A DNA stretch of 64,000 nucleotides from Eledone cirrhosa. Lineage: Eukaryota. Below the pieces are notes generated by a model, which was given only the letters and a program-made list of their open reading frames with translations, made no database searches and was not told where the DNA came from. The position numbers were made by a program, and so were the translations under genes. Where the stretch lies: the NCBI GenBank assembly GCA_964016885.1, contig OZ024740.1:87544001-87608000 (forward strand). Reading direction: 5' to 3'. Below are positions 26,354 through 39,580 of the stretch, in pieces (positions within the stretch are counted from its first letter, which is position 1; each line of letters opens with the position of its first letter).

Positions 26354-26736
26354 TACACACACATACATACATACATACATACATACATACACACACAAAC
26401 ATGATATGTATATATACACATATATCATCACCACCATACCTTGTTCAAATGGAACTGTATTTTAACTGGGTTTTTTTTTACAGCTGGATGCCCTTCCTAA
26501 CACCAGCCAGCATAGAAGTAAGTGATCTCATTATGAGGAGGGTCTGGCCAGTTGGCCACGCTGTAACCTGTTCATGGCAGAACCATATTTTGGGAGCTGA
26601 GTTATCCTGTTATGAGAAAGGTCTGGCCAGTAGGCCTCACTACACCTTGCTCATAGCAGGACCCTGTTTTGCTGGGTTTTTACAGGTGTTGGAGGATTAT
26701 ATATATATAACAAGGGCAGTGTCCCAGCATGGCCTA

Positions 26737-26836
26737 AACCAGAAGGCTGGAACAGGTAAAAGAGTATATATATATATACTCTTTTACCTGTTCCAGCCTT
26801 CTGGTTGAAAACTGCGAACAAATATCGTCCACACCC

Positions 26837-26884
<48 letters not shown>

Positions 26885-26919
26885 CAGGGTGTGGACGATA
26901 TTTGTTCGCAGTTTTCAAC
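26737..26919. repeat. Two abutting inverted repeats, each centred on (TA)n
   Basis: 70-bp perfect palindrome at 26737-26806. Arms of 35 bp at 26804-26838 and 26885-26919. Confidence 0.95.
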
Positions 26920-27757
26920 TGCTAATTTTATGCAAATTTTTTTTACTTCCGTTGTCACGCTTGTCTTCATAAAAACAGTGACTATATTTCCATTATTTAT
27001 TTTCAGAATAATTGATTATGAATAATTTTGAACCTCCAAATTTGTAAGAGACACGGGAGTTCTTTTTGGAATCCGCGCCGGGAGGACAAATAAGACCAGA
27101 AGATCAACTCCCAGAACAACAGGTAGCTCGCTGTCTCATCCAAAGACGTGCCTAGAGTCATGCAGACAAAGTTTCCAGCGACAACATTGGTCTTAGGTGT
27201 GGTCAGCAGTCAAGGTGACGTCATGCCACCTCACTTTTTCCCTGAGGAACACCGATGGCTACATCCACGTTCTGAGCGAGGTAGTAAAGCCCTGGATCGA
27301 CCAGGTAGCTGCAGGTAGGCCGTACGTGTGGCAGCAAGACTCAGCGCCCTACCATACCAGCTGAAAGACCCAAGCCTGGCTGTCAGAGAACTTCGTCGAC
27401 CATACTTCACCTGACATCTGGCCTCCCAGCTCGCCTGACTGCAACCCCCTCGACTTCTTTGTGTGGGGCGCAGTGGAACGAGACACCAACAGATCTAGCT
27501 GCAATACGAAAGATGATCTGAAGGCCAGGATCACAAGTGCCTTTAGGGGCCTAAGTTGAGAGACAGTGATGAAGGCCTGTAGCTGGTTCCGAGGCCGCGT
27601 TGAGGCCATCATCAAAGCCAATGGCGGGTTTATCGAGCGAGATCAAAAGAACAAGTCATGAAGACAAACTGACCCAAGTTTGATAAATATATCTTAGAAA
27701 ATAAAACTTATTTTTTCCTAGACAGTAATCTTGCGAACAAATGTCGTCCGCACCCTG
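26885..27757 (+). mobile_element. Tc1/mariner DD37D (maT-type) transposon, internally deleted
   Basis: TA|CAGGGTGTGGACGATATTTGTTCGCA...TGCGAACAAATGTCGTCCGCACCCTG|TA termini. + strand peptide YVWQQDSAPYH...WPPSSPDCNPLDFFVWG has 37 residues between the last two Asp and in-frame stops. Confidence 0.92.
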
Positions 27758-28273
27758 TATATATATATATATAATGGCTAAGTGTTTGTCTTATTTGATA
27801 GAACAGGTGATACTCCAGAGTAAAAGGTTTCACCACTCAGCCAAAATAATTGAATACTTAAACTCTACTTCAGTACAGCGTTGTCTTTCATGTTCATCAA
27901 TAATACACAATCCACACACACAACACAGGAAAGATCCATTGAATGAGGACACAGCATTTTTCATTTGCATTTGAAAAGAAGATTTTTATCTTGAAATATG
28001 ATGAAATATCCTGGGTAAAAAAAAGAAAACAATGCTATTTCCTTTTCATCTATTTGTCATCTTTTACTTACATACATGTTTGTGTGTATATAAAGGATGT
28101 CATGCTGAATCTCCCAGAGATCTACATTAAGGGTGCACACATTCAGGGAATGCTCATGTTAATTTCACAAGCAGGCTCTTCCATTCTTCAGACAACTGGT
28201 GCATTTACCATTGGAACCAATGGGAGCTCAACAAAAACAACACACAGACACACACATACATATATATTTATAT

Positions 28274-28540
28274 ACTGCAAAGTGTTCGTGGAGGTGCCAT
28301 GGCAAAAAAGCACTCAGCCCACACTGTAAAGTGGTCGTGTAGGCGCCACAGAAAAAAAGCACCCAGCACTCACTGTAAATGAGGTTGGTGTTAGGAAGGG
28401 CATCCAGCTGTAGAAATCGAGTCAAAATCAGTTCCTGCATGAACAATACATGGTTAACCGACTGAGCACTGCCCCCAACAGTACAACCCGTTTAACCCAT
28501 GCTAGCGTGGAAGAATGGACGTAAAACAGTGATGATGATG
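28274..28540 (+). mobile_element. RTE subfamily C 3' UTR fragment
   Basis: Three tandem modules, terminal CCATGCTAGCGTGGAAG and (GAT)n. Confidence 0.88.
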
Positions 28541-28851
28541 ATACTCACACATTTTCAGACACATATCATTATTTAACACCCATTGTCTCTCTTAATGAAA
28601 GGGAAAGTTATCACACAAGTCAGTCCTTAATGGAGCTACACCTTATGTAAATTTCTACACTCTCTTGCTCTCTCAACTGACTGCATTGAATGGATCTGCT
28701 CTCTATCAGCAACTTACAGTGTGTGTGTGTGTGTAAATATATATATATATATATATATACACACGCACATATTTTGCCACTTATAAATGTGTGTGCATAT
28801 GTATGTATACCAGTATATGTGAATATATATAATTATACATACTTGCATACA

Positions 28852-28943
<92 letters not shown>

Positions 28944-29539
28944 TACGTACGTATCAATATAATGAATATTTAACATGTTTAATGTGTTCATTAGAGAAAA
29001 ATGATATGTGGAGGGTTATAATGATATAGTAGTAATAACAACACCAATAATAGAAGTAATAATAGTAATAATAAACTATATAAAAACAATCATCATGACA
29101 TGAAAAACGGCAGCAGAACAATGAGAAAATCAAGATGTCAAAGAAGAAGATAAAAATACAGCCGCCATTAATAAATGTATGCTACAAAATTTCTTTGTCA
29201 TTGCTTAACTTACTGGAGTATGTTTTGCATGGTTCAGCATTTGTACTTACAGCGGAAGCATTGAGATCAGTTTCTGCTACAGTACACTGAAGTCCTTCTT
29301 TTTATTGGGAACTGAATGCATACTGTTTTGTCAGTGGTGCAGAATAAATCAGGGGAAGGAAAATGAATGATAAAATTGAAAGAAAGTGAAAGTAATGTGG
29401 GTGTGTGCGTATGTTTGTGTGTATGTATGCGCATATATGCACACATAAGTATATATACATATATATAAAGAAAAAAAGATGAAATCGAAAATGCAACTGG
29501 AGTCTAATTTTTTTTTAAATATATATATTTATTTGGTTC

Positions 29540-29575
29540 CTTTACCGGTTTCGCAGTTCTTCTGCTTTTCAAAAG
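29540..29575 (-). ncRNA. Degenerate minimal hammerhead ribozyme (Penelope-type)
   Basis: Minus strand reads CUU-UUGAAAA-GCAG-AAGAA-CUGC-GAAAC-CG-GUA-AAG. Stems I-III are intact and the core differs from CUGAAGA by two transitions. Confidence 0.45.
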
Positions 29576-29754
29576 TAGAGTTGAGATGGAGAGTCTGTGG
29601 TTTTTCTACATACATATATATATATCATCATTGCTTTTCCCTGCTTGCATAGATTTTATATATATACATAAAAGGTGGTTGCGCTGATGACACGACAAAA
29701 GCGCCCAGTACTCACCGTACGGTGGTTGGTGGCATGACAAAGAGCACCCAGTCA

Positions 29755-29830
<76 letters not shown>

Positions 29831-30379
29831 CACACATACACGATCACAAACAAATATGCACACAAGCATATTCACATATAGATCCACCTCCTACATACAT
29901 ACATACACACACACACAAGCATGAATACACAGATGTAGTCATGCATTAAGAATCATAGGCAAAGATTATTTTAACACACACATACATCCACGCGCACATG
30001 AACATATGTATACAGGCATAGACACACATTTGAAGAAACACAAAAAAATATACATACACATATATGCAGATATACTGACAAAATAAGAAAAATTACATAC
30101 ATACACACACATGTACATGAATATCTACTCTAAGCAGTTGAAGCTGGGGATAGATTCAGATGGTTGCAATTCTGAGAAAACCACTCGTAGAACCTAAGGA
30201 TATAGTGTTTAGTAAAAAGATCAGCAGACCTGATCAAAGTTTCAACCATGATTATTCTGTCTTTATTCTGTAAAATTAAAGGATTATATTATCTAGCTTC
30301 GCCTTTTCTTAAAAAAAAAACATCCTTTTGTTACAAAAGTAATTAAAACTGTATATCTATCTAAGAATTTTCCATTATA

Positions 30380-30690
30380 TTCAAATCCCGCCGAGGTTAA
30401 CTTTGCCTGTCATCCTTACGGGGTCGATAAAATAAAGTACCAGTAATACACTGGGATAATTGCTGGCCTTGTGTCAAAAGTAGAAACAATTATATTTTCG
30501 TATAAGGGCGATAAATTGGCAGTATCGGTAGAGGGTCGGCTGCCATGCTTTCCAGCATAGAGTTACGCCCTGGGTTCAAATCCCGCAGAGGTTAACTTTG
30601 CCTTTCATCCTTACGGGGGTCGATAAAATAAACTACCAGTATTACACTGGGATAATTGCTGGCCTTGTGCCAAAAGTAAAAAATTGTATT
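30380..30690 (+). mobile_element. Tandem pair of tRNA-derived SINEs (first copy 5'-truncated)
   Basis: Two consecutive TTCAAATCCCGC...GTACCAG...AATTGCTGGCCTTGTG units. Confidence 0.85.
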
Positions 30691-31977
30691 TTCTTATAAG
30701 AACCTTTGTTAAGTTATACTTCAAACACCACTTTGCTAATGAGAAAGTTAGTTATATTATTAAATCCCTCCAAAATTCTTGATTTGCAAAATTACTTGGC
30801 AATCATTGGCAATGTCTTTAATAAGAAATATTGTAACAAAAGTGTTTAAGACTGTATAATCTGGTTTGAGGGATATTGACTTCCTATTTCTAGCAGGCCA
30901 AGTTACAGGTACTCCCATTTAATAGAAGAGTTGGCTGGTTAAATATGTGGGTTTCATGTGAATGCTGTTCAGTTAGCCATTAGAGATGAAAAGATACCAC
31001 AACAGTAGCTAAAGAATAGACAGAGAGGAGACATTTCAAAAGTATTGCTTTTAATATCCATGTTTCCATGTTTACACAGGTAAGATCGCTTGTTTTTATT
31101 ATTATTTTATTTTTGGTAGCAATATATTTTAGAGATAAATACACACATATTACTAATCACTCAACTTTGAAGCAGGAATGAAACCATGGTTTCTTTAACA
31201 CTTTTGTTACTATATTTCTAATGAAAGTCACTATTCTTTTATTCTTCTACTGGTTTCAGTCACTAAACTCCAGCCATGCTGGAGCACTGCCTTAAAGAGA
31301 TCTACTCAATCATATCAATCTCACTACTTTTTTTTCTTCAAATCTGAAACTTATTTTATCTAATGTCTTTTGTCTGCCATGTTAGAGGGCATAGACACAG
31401 GCAGAGACATAAACATTAACACAGACACATATATATATGTGTTTTATACACACTCACATATATATAATCAAGAATTGAGGGCTTTAATATTATAATTAAC
31501 TTTCTCATTAAATTGGTGCTGAGAGCATAACTTAAAAGTTCTTACATAAAATAATGATGGATGCTTTTAAAATCAACATAAACACTTTAAAAATAACGTC
31601 TTATATCATACAACTGAGGTCAGTTTTAGATGGCTTGGTGTCAAAAGGTTAATCTCGCAAACCAGAGTATTTGTGGAGAGTGAGGATGTAGTTGTTGGTA
31701 TATATAGTGTTTTGTTGGTATATAAATTGTTTTTGTTGGTATATATATATATATAATCACTTTTTTTTCCCATCTTACTACTATTACTACCGTATCTAAA
31801 AAGCACTTCCTTATTAAAGATTGTATAATATGATTTGAGCTACCATTTCTAGAACATCAAGTGACCACATGTAGGATCCCTATTTGGCTCACTGTAACTA
31901 TATTTCCTTGAAATGTTGTATAATGTCTGTTTTTGTACTGTCTCTAATTGCATGATGTTTTCTGGTTGACTTTTCAG

Positions 31978-32019
31978 GAATGCATCGAGCTTCTCTGTGT
32001 GGCTGCCATAGAGTGCAGA
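31978..32019 (+). CDS. Candidate 42-nt frame-preserving alternative exon
   Basis: CTAAT branch motif at 31944, TGCATG at 31949 and ~32079, U-rich tract, acceptor CTTTTCAG and donor AGA|GTGAGG. Open in phases 0 and 1. Confidence 0.35.
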
Positions 32020-32542
32020 GTGAGGGAATGGGGAGAGATGTAGTGTAGTAGAATCTACAAAGTAGTGTGTGTATGTGTGTGCATGTGAATAATTCTGGGT
32101 ATGTTTAACACATGCTACAAGAAACAGAGTGAGCTGACTAAGTTAATGATAGAAATTCTTAAAAGTGTATAGAAAACATGCAAGACAATCAAACATTTCT
32201 GCTGAAATGTAGAGAAACACGTTTTACTTTAGATGAAATTTTCAAGTTAGAGAAAATCATTGATGTGTTATGAAAAAAAAAGAGATCTCATATTGATCTA
32301 GCTCTCCTGAAACCATTCTGACATAATATAAAGAAGAAAAATGTTGAGATGATAGAAAAAGCTATAATTTATAAAAAAAAAAAAAAAAAAAAAAAAAGGT
32401 TAGTGTTTATGTAATTAATAAAAAGAATATAAAAAGTTAAATAGAGTTAATTATGAAATGAGGAAAAAATATTAAACAATATTAGTCAATAGTTACTATT
32501 TTAATTTATTATTTATTATTTTTTATTTTTTGGCAATTTCAA

Positions 32543-32581
32543 TTCAGGACATGTTTCAGTTTTTATGAGATCATCAGTGAA
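32543..32581 (-). ncRNA. Degenerate minimal hammerhead ribozyme
   Basis: Minus strand reads UUCA-CUGAUGA-UCUCAUAAAAACU-GAAAC-AU-GUC-CUGAA. The core is intact but stem II is lost. Confidence 0.4.
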
Positions 32582-33705
32582 GTATATTCTTCACCATACT
32601 TGCTAAAGTATTGGTCAATGAATGAATTTGTAAGTAAATTCTCATCAGCATCATTGTTTTAACGTCTGCTTTCCCTGCTAATATGGGTTTGATGAGTCTA
32701 CACAGACCAAGTCAGACCAAGTAATGAAGCCAGACTACAGATCTCTCAGACAGGCCAGGAATTTGCATATCACGTGTGGTCTCACATTCTACCGAGTCCA
32801 CATGAGATGGTGTCATGTCTGTGACAACTGAAGGATCCTCCCAACCCTTTGTTTGGTAAGCTCTCTATGGCTGGATGTCCTTCCTATCATCAACCACTTT
32901 ACAGTGTGTACTAGGTACATTTATCATGTAGATCAACACTAGGGAGTCTGTCATATGCTTGACACAACTGAAGTGTCCTCCCAACCCTTTACAAGATTAT
33001 ACTTTGGTTATCACATAAAAATCATTTATAATTGTTATATTATAGGGAAATATTGAGGAGCAACTTGTGTGTGAATGTGATGACTGGAATACCATTGAGA
33101 CATTTTTTAAATCTTTTTTTTACCGTTTAGTCAGGAAAAGAAAGGCAATGTCCATGACCCATTTTCAAGGCCCCAGACTGGGTGTGAAATAAGGAGAATG
33201 AGGTATCTTGTTTGATGTTCTCACAATTCCATCAATCAAACCCCCTCAACCTTACTTTAGCAACTAAAAAGTTAATGTAATTTTGACCTTAGAGAACAAA
33301 GAACCAAATCTAATGCCCCAGAAATGTTGTCCCTCACAATAACAACTCTGACAATTCATCACCTTTGTTGACTTGATGGGTTTCCACAAGCAAATAAGAT
33401 TCCTTGCCAGGTTAGTTGTATGCAGGGGCTAGTTGGTAAAGTAGATTATAAGGTGTGTGTATGTGTGAGTGAGTGCAAGTGTGTGAGCCTGTGAGTGTGA
33501 ATGTATGTGTACGAGAATTAATGTGTGTGAACATGAATACGTGTGTGTGTATATGCATGTGAATGTGTATGAACATGAATGTGAGTGTGCGGGAATGTGT
33601 GAATGTAAATCTGAATATGTATGAATGTGGATAGTTAAAGGTAGAGTGCAAAATGTGTGTGGTGGCTTTATTTACATGACTACAAGCATGTCATAAAGTC
33701 ATATA

Positions 33706-34923
33706 CCGTATATACTCGCGTATAGGTCGCACTTTTTTAACGATAAATAAGTATAATTTTTGGGGGTGCGACCTATCCGATCGACTGACCAATGATTTTT
33801 CATAGACTTAATTAACGATGGGTATTTATAAAAATAACTTTGTTAATATTTTTTATTATTTAACATAATAATTTCATATATCTACCTTCTTATACATATA
33901 TTTCTTGATTTTAAATTTTTTACTAAAACTTCATAGTGTTTACGTTTTTTTCTATCTGACCGAACCATCCGTCATTAAAATCCATAGAAATGCATACCCG
34001 GTATTTAAAATGTGATTTCATTGTCTTAGCGTTGCTATGAACACGTATTGTGACGTATTTACTTTAACAGGAAACAGATTATTGCACGTGGCGTTTCTTT
34101 TCAAAATTAGCAAGTGAGAAAAGTTGATAGTTGAAATCTAGCAGTTTTCCGAACAGGTGAATTAATTAAAAATGCAGATATAATCAGTACAAGGTTTTTC
34201 TACAAGGTCTTTCTCTACATTCCAGGCAAATATTTTCATTGAAAAAAATGTATAAAACCTTTTCACCAGTCAAAATAATATTTGCAATGTACTCTTACAC
34301 AATGTACGATGTATATTTACGTAACAGAATGTTCCCAGTATATAAGTTCATTAACAAGTGTGAACATGTATTGGTGTTGTATCTTTCAACCACGTTGCTG
34401 TAATATTTTCAATGGTGTCTGTCAGATTTTCACTTTCAAAGTAACTATCATCGTCAGAAATAAATATGTCTGATTCATTCACTAATATTATCTTGTGTTT
34501 CTTTTTCATTTGGAATGTCGCCGCATGTAAAACCTTCAAAGTCGGTATTCGCTACTTTGGGAAGCCATGTTGATACTCTAAAAATCTGTTATACTTTCAA
34601 CGTTAAAAAACACGTGTTATTTCAAGTTGTTTCACTATATTAAGAGTTAATTTTCGCGCTTAAAGGCTTTATCTCGCAGTAATCTCGAATTGATGAGATT
34701 TCGATGGCGTTAATGTTTATTTTATAAATAAAACATGATTTGGAGTATATATCGCAACGGCGAAGTAATGGAAAGCTAACAGATTATTAGTTTCAATTAT
34801 CATAAAAAATAGTAGTTTGACGGCCCAAATTTCAGTGCAACCTATCTGCGAGTCAATGGCAAATAGCCTATTTGTTAAATGAAAAGTGGGTGTGTGACCT
34901 ATCTGCCAGGGCGACCTATACGG
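33706..34923. mobile_element. Non-autonomous Tc2/pogo-like DNA transposon
   Basis: TA|CCGTATATACTCGCGTATAGGTCGC...GCGACCTATACGG|TA termini, subterminal GTGYGACCTATC repeats, CpG-rich interior and no ORF. Confidence 0.85.
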
Positions 34924-37900
34924 TAGATTAAAGAGTGAAAAGTGGCAGCTAAAAGAATTCAGTAAAGTTAGTTTAAGACAGATTTAGCTGGGGCTCAGTA
35001 TGTGAAACATCTGAAGGGGAATAAAAGACTTCCTTCCAGCTGTGCATTGGACAAAATTATTCTTTGATACTTTTAACGTCACCTTACAACAGTTTATTTA
35101 AATGAACACAGCATAGCAATTTTACATTGACTTTACTTTCTCAAACAATTAATCTGTGCAAGAATCATTTTGGCTATTGAAAAACACAGAATCTGTTAAG
35201 CTTTTTGTTATCAAATTTGAATTACCAAGTATACCAATTAAGATGGTATTTTTAACAATTTAAAAAAGGTTCTTATATCAATTACATTAAGAAATTTTAA
35301 TTTAGCAGAAAACCTTTAAAATGAGTGGATTTGTTTCATAGAAGCAGGAGCAGTTGTGGGTGGGATGGTATCAAAAAAGTTAAATTCACTTTGAATGTAT
35401 TTCTTGGTATCAATGAAATAAACGGTGCAATGGAACTGTCAGTAACCAGGTTGCAAATAGTGAGATGAAAATGTTGACACCTCAGGATATAAATGTAAAA
35501 TTAATGTAAAAGTTTTGTGATTTTAGGTGGCTAAAATGGCTAATCGATGATGTAATTTGCTATTAATTTTTGTATCTTTATGGAAAATGCTATAAATGTT
35601 GTTGCTGTGTAGCTCCAAATGAAATTTGATTGCATGCTTTTTGGAGGTTATCTAGGACTATATTATGAGTTTGATTTGAAGGAAATTTGACTGCTATACT
35701 TAGTATGTTGTCCATGCAACCTTGTAGAGTTAGTATAACATTCCTAGGAACAATGAATATTATAAAAGAGTTAGTAGTGTTTGTCGCTACTGTAGTTTAA
35801 CCTCAAGCCAGTCCCTTCAATGAACGAACCTATGATTAAAGGCAATACACCAACCATGATCAGACCATCATTCTTAAAGCATTGTGTAACTGGGCTAAAT
35901 TATAAAATGTAGCCATGTTTTAAAATAAGTATTAAAAGATTGAAGATTAAATTCAAATCTTAGAATGGAATATCATATTACATGCAAGTAGAACTAAAAG
36001 GGGAACATGTTAGTTTAGTTGTCATGGGGCTGTTAGAGGCAAAGAGAGAGACTTTGATAAAGAACAACCCCCCACTTTTTTTTTATTAATCTTTTTTGTT
36101 CTTATATTCTGTTGTTACTTGTAAGAACATCATCTATTCTACGTAATCCATCTATAAAAAAAAACATGTATGCAACTCATTTATAAATTGTTTATATTTA
36201 GTACTGGTTATTAAAATACTTAATGAACATATTGAAATGGAGCCTAAATTTCACATCTAGGCAGGGTTTATCAGCATTGCATAGGCATGATTACATGGAA
36301 GATAATATAAAAATTCAATATGTGAATATTATTTTATAAAGTTACTTCATTAAAAACTTCTCATAATTCTTGATTATTTTCAAAATCGCAAAGGGTGAAT
36401 ATATTTGCATTAGAAATATCGTTACAGAAGGGTTAACTTTAATATAATATATATGTGTGTATATTCATGACTATAAATAAAAGGAATACTAAGAGGAACC
36501 AGTCTCCAGAGATGTGGAATCCTGCAATAGTAGAAGAGTTTTTCAGACTTTGCATTATCCAGGTCTGTGTAAATAGGTCAGGAGTGAAGAATGTTGTGTG
36601 TATATAGAGGTAGGTATGTATGTAGGTAGGTATGTATGTATGTATGTATGTAGCAGATGTGTTATAATGCTTTAGAACTGAATGAGTTTACTTATCAAAA
36701 ACATAGACTGAATAAATAGACAAAGAGAAACTGGTGGGTAGGGATGAGACTAGGAGGAAAGAGAGAGAGAAAGGGGGAGGCAGACAGAAAAATGTGTGTG
36801 TGTGCACGCGTGCGCATACTCATGATTAGAGTAGTAGGAGTCAGTGAGAGAATGAAAAAGAATGAGAAAGTATAAGACATGGAGAAAGTAACTTAGGAAG
36901 AGACAGAAATTGTGTGAGCGAGTATGAGAGAGATGGGGGAGGGGGCGAAATAGATTGAGGGGGAGTGATAGAGAGTGGGGGATAATAACAAAGAAACAGA
37001 TAGGGAAAACCAAGAGACAGTATATGGGAGAAAGAGAGGTAGAATAAGAAAAACAGAAAGTGTATAATTCTCAGAGGACTGGGAATGAAAATAGGTGAGA
37101 GGAGAAAAAGTGGTAGAAAATAGGGAATAGAGAGAATTTAAGATGAAAAGCTAGTGTAGAATGCTAAAGTAGAAGTGAGGTTAAATAAGAGAAGGAGAAA
37201 GACTAGAGGGGGTGGCAACAATGTGAGGAAGAGGAGATAAAAGGGGACTAATAATTAAAAAAAAAAGGACCAGATGTAACTTAGACAATCAGAAGAATCC
37301 CCTGCCGTGGAACCTCTACTTGGTTATTCAGCCTATTAAAAATAGCAGCTAAATACCCCAAGCTAATCACAGCTCACTTTTAATTTTTTTTTTTTTGTCA
37401 GCTAATTCAATTCAATTCAAATTTTATTTAAAATAAAATACATGCTTGCAATTAAAAAAAATTGAAATAATGAAAGTGGGGGTGTGGTTGGAGCAGATTC
37501 TACACCCCCTGCCTAGGTGGTATATCCCAGCTGCAACATGTGGTTAAAATGGTGAAAGCATTGTTGCAGAGAATAGCCAGTGACACCTACTACATCAATA
37601 ACTACCTCACAAGGATCCTTCTTCGTGAGGGGATGCACCCCTCACCATTTTTACAAAGGAAAATGGCAGTTTGAAGACTGGGTTATGGAAGTAATGGGCA
37701 TAAAAAAATGTAGCAGTCAGACAAGTTCTGGTAGTTGTGACTTTAAAAAAAAAATATGGCTGTATGGTTATAAAGTTTAAATGTAGTTCTGAGTTCAATT
37801 TGAAAGGAGATGGGCACATTCAAGCCTTTCTAAGATCTGCTGAAATACCATGATGCGATGGACACACAAATATCTAAAATGGCATTCCTACAGCTGGCTG

Positions 37901-38272
37901 CAACAGTTGCAGGAATTTGATAAATTGACTGTTTCACATATAATCCAGTGGTGGTGTAGTAATAGTGGTGGGAACAGTTGTATTTTTGGTTGTGATGCTA
38001 GTTGTAAACGTTTTCCACTTCAATAAATAAATGTGACTATTTGGATCATAAAGATGTTGATAGATTAGTAGGAGGTTAACACATTTTAATTAAAATAAAA
38101 CAAAATCTTGCATATTCTAGCTATAAGTTTAAACCTGTATCTTATTGTCTTATCAAGTGCATGTGTACGTTGATGTTCCCTCTCTTTCACTCACTGCCTC
38201 TATCTCTCTCGCTCTTCCCATCCCTCACTATTATAAGCAAATGAGAGCCCACATGCTGGCTGCCCCGCAGTC

Positions 38273-38660
38273 CTAGCAAACAGGATAGAGAAGGCATTTC
38301 TCTGGAGGATTGTAAGGGAGGCATGTTGCAAGAGCCATTCCATCTTGTGAGGCACACACCAATTCTGTGCTGATGGTGGTGAGTAGGGAGGTGGTCCTAG
38401 GGCCAAAGACATCAGAAGTATCTACTGTTATGAACCTGTCAGAGAGTGACCGATATTTGGAGAGTTTACCCTCCACGACTCGAAGTGCAGTAGAGCCTGG
38501 ATTAGTCACAGATTGCTCCAGGTTGCCACTGGAGAAATTGTCATTGCATGTGACATCCCAGATGAGGGGTTTACCACTGTGGAATGGGAAAATGGTCATG
38601 CCATCTGGCCTTTTGCCATCCCCTCAGTCCAGTACCAGCCCAGTGTCAGTGACCACTCGG
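38273..38660 (-). pseudogene. Restriction-like endonuclease domain relic of a CRE-type non-LTR retrotransposon
   Basis: GDGKRPDGMTIFPFHSGKPLIWDVTC...EGKLSKYRSL, a PD..D..K motif. Confidence 0.75.
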
Positions 38661-38896
38661 TAGTCTATGTGAGCTAACATCAACATTTAAAGTACTTTCT
38701 TTGTGTAAAAATATTTCTCTTTTTGGATTGATATTCTCATTGTATAAGAATCTGGGGAGGAGTAAGGTGACCGTGGGAAAATTAATTTAAATAAATGGGT
38801 CCTTGATAGTGAAAGGTTTGGGTATCATTGCTCTCAGCTGTACAATTTCTTCCATACACGTGTGTAAATATGTGTATGTGTGTATGTATATATAAA

Positions 38897-39360
38897 TAAG
38901 ACAATGTCACTGGACCGAGACCTTTGGCGGTACTCAGTAACAGAGAAAACCCGCCTTACCTAAATATACAGTAAAACCTACTCCAGCCAGTAGGCATCTC
39001 TAACAAAATACACCCCGTCCCACCACCACCACCCCCACCCCATCCACACCACCCCGTTCTATGTAAAGTTATGTTGGTGCCGCGCCATCCAGGCCGAAAC
39101 AAATGAGATCGTGTAGGTGTCACGACAAAAAAACACACAGTCCACGCTGTAATGTGGCCGTGTAGGCAACACGGTAAAAACCTCCCAGACCCACACTGTA
39201 AATGTGGTTGGTGTTAGGAAGGGCATCCAACTGTAGAAAACCTGCCAGACAGTCCTATGCGAGCAAGACAATCACTCTTGCCTCAAGTGGGACTACCCCC
39301 GTCCAAACCCATGCAAGCGTGGAACACGGACGTTAAACGTTGATGATGATGATGATGATG
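38897..39360 (+). mobile_element. RTE subfamily A/B 3' end fragment
   Basis: Matches 9820-10268, with a (GAT)n tail and (TA)n on both sides. Confidence 0.9.
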
Positions 39361-39446
39361 ATATATATATATATATGTATGTAAACTAATATATTTCTTC
39401 TATGTACTGGGCCATTTGTTTTTTTTTTTTTGTTATTTCTGTATAT

Positions 39447-39580
<134 letters not shown>

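Noticed and set aside
29214-29311. Minus-strand exon with two GTAAGT donors
   Set aside because: All three frames stop from the best acceptor. The ACTTAC motifs are equally explained as + strand branch or acceptor sequence.
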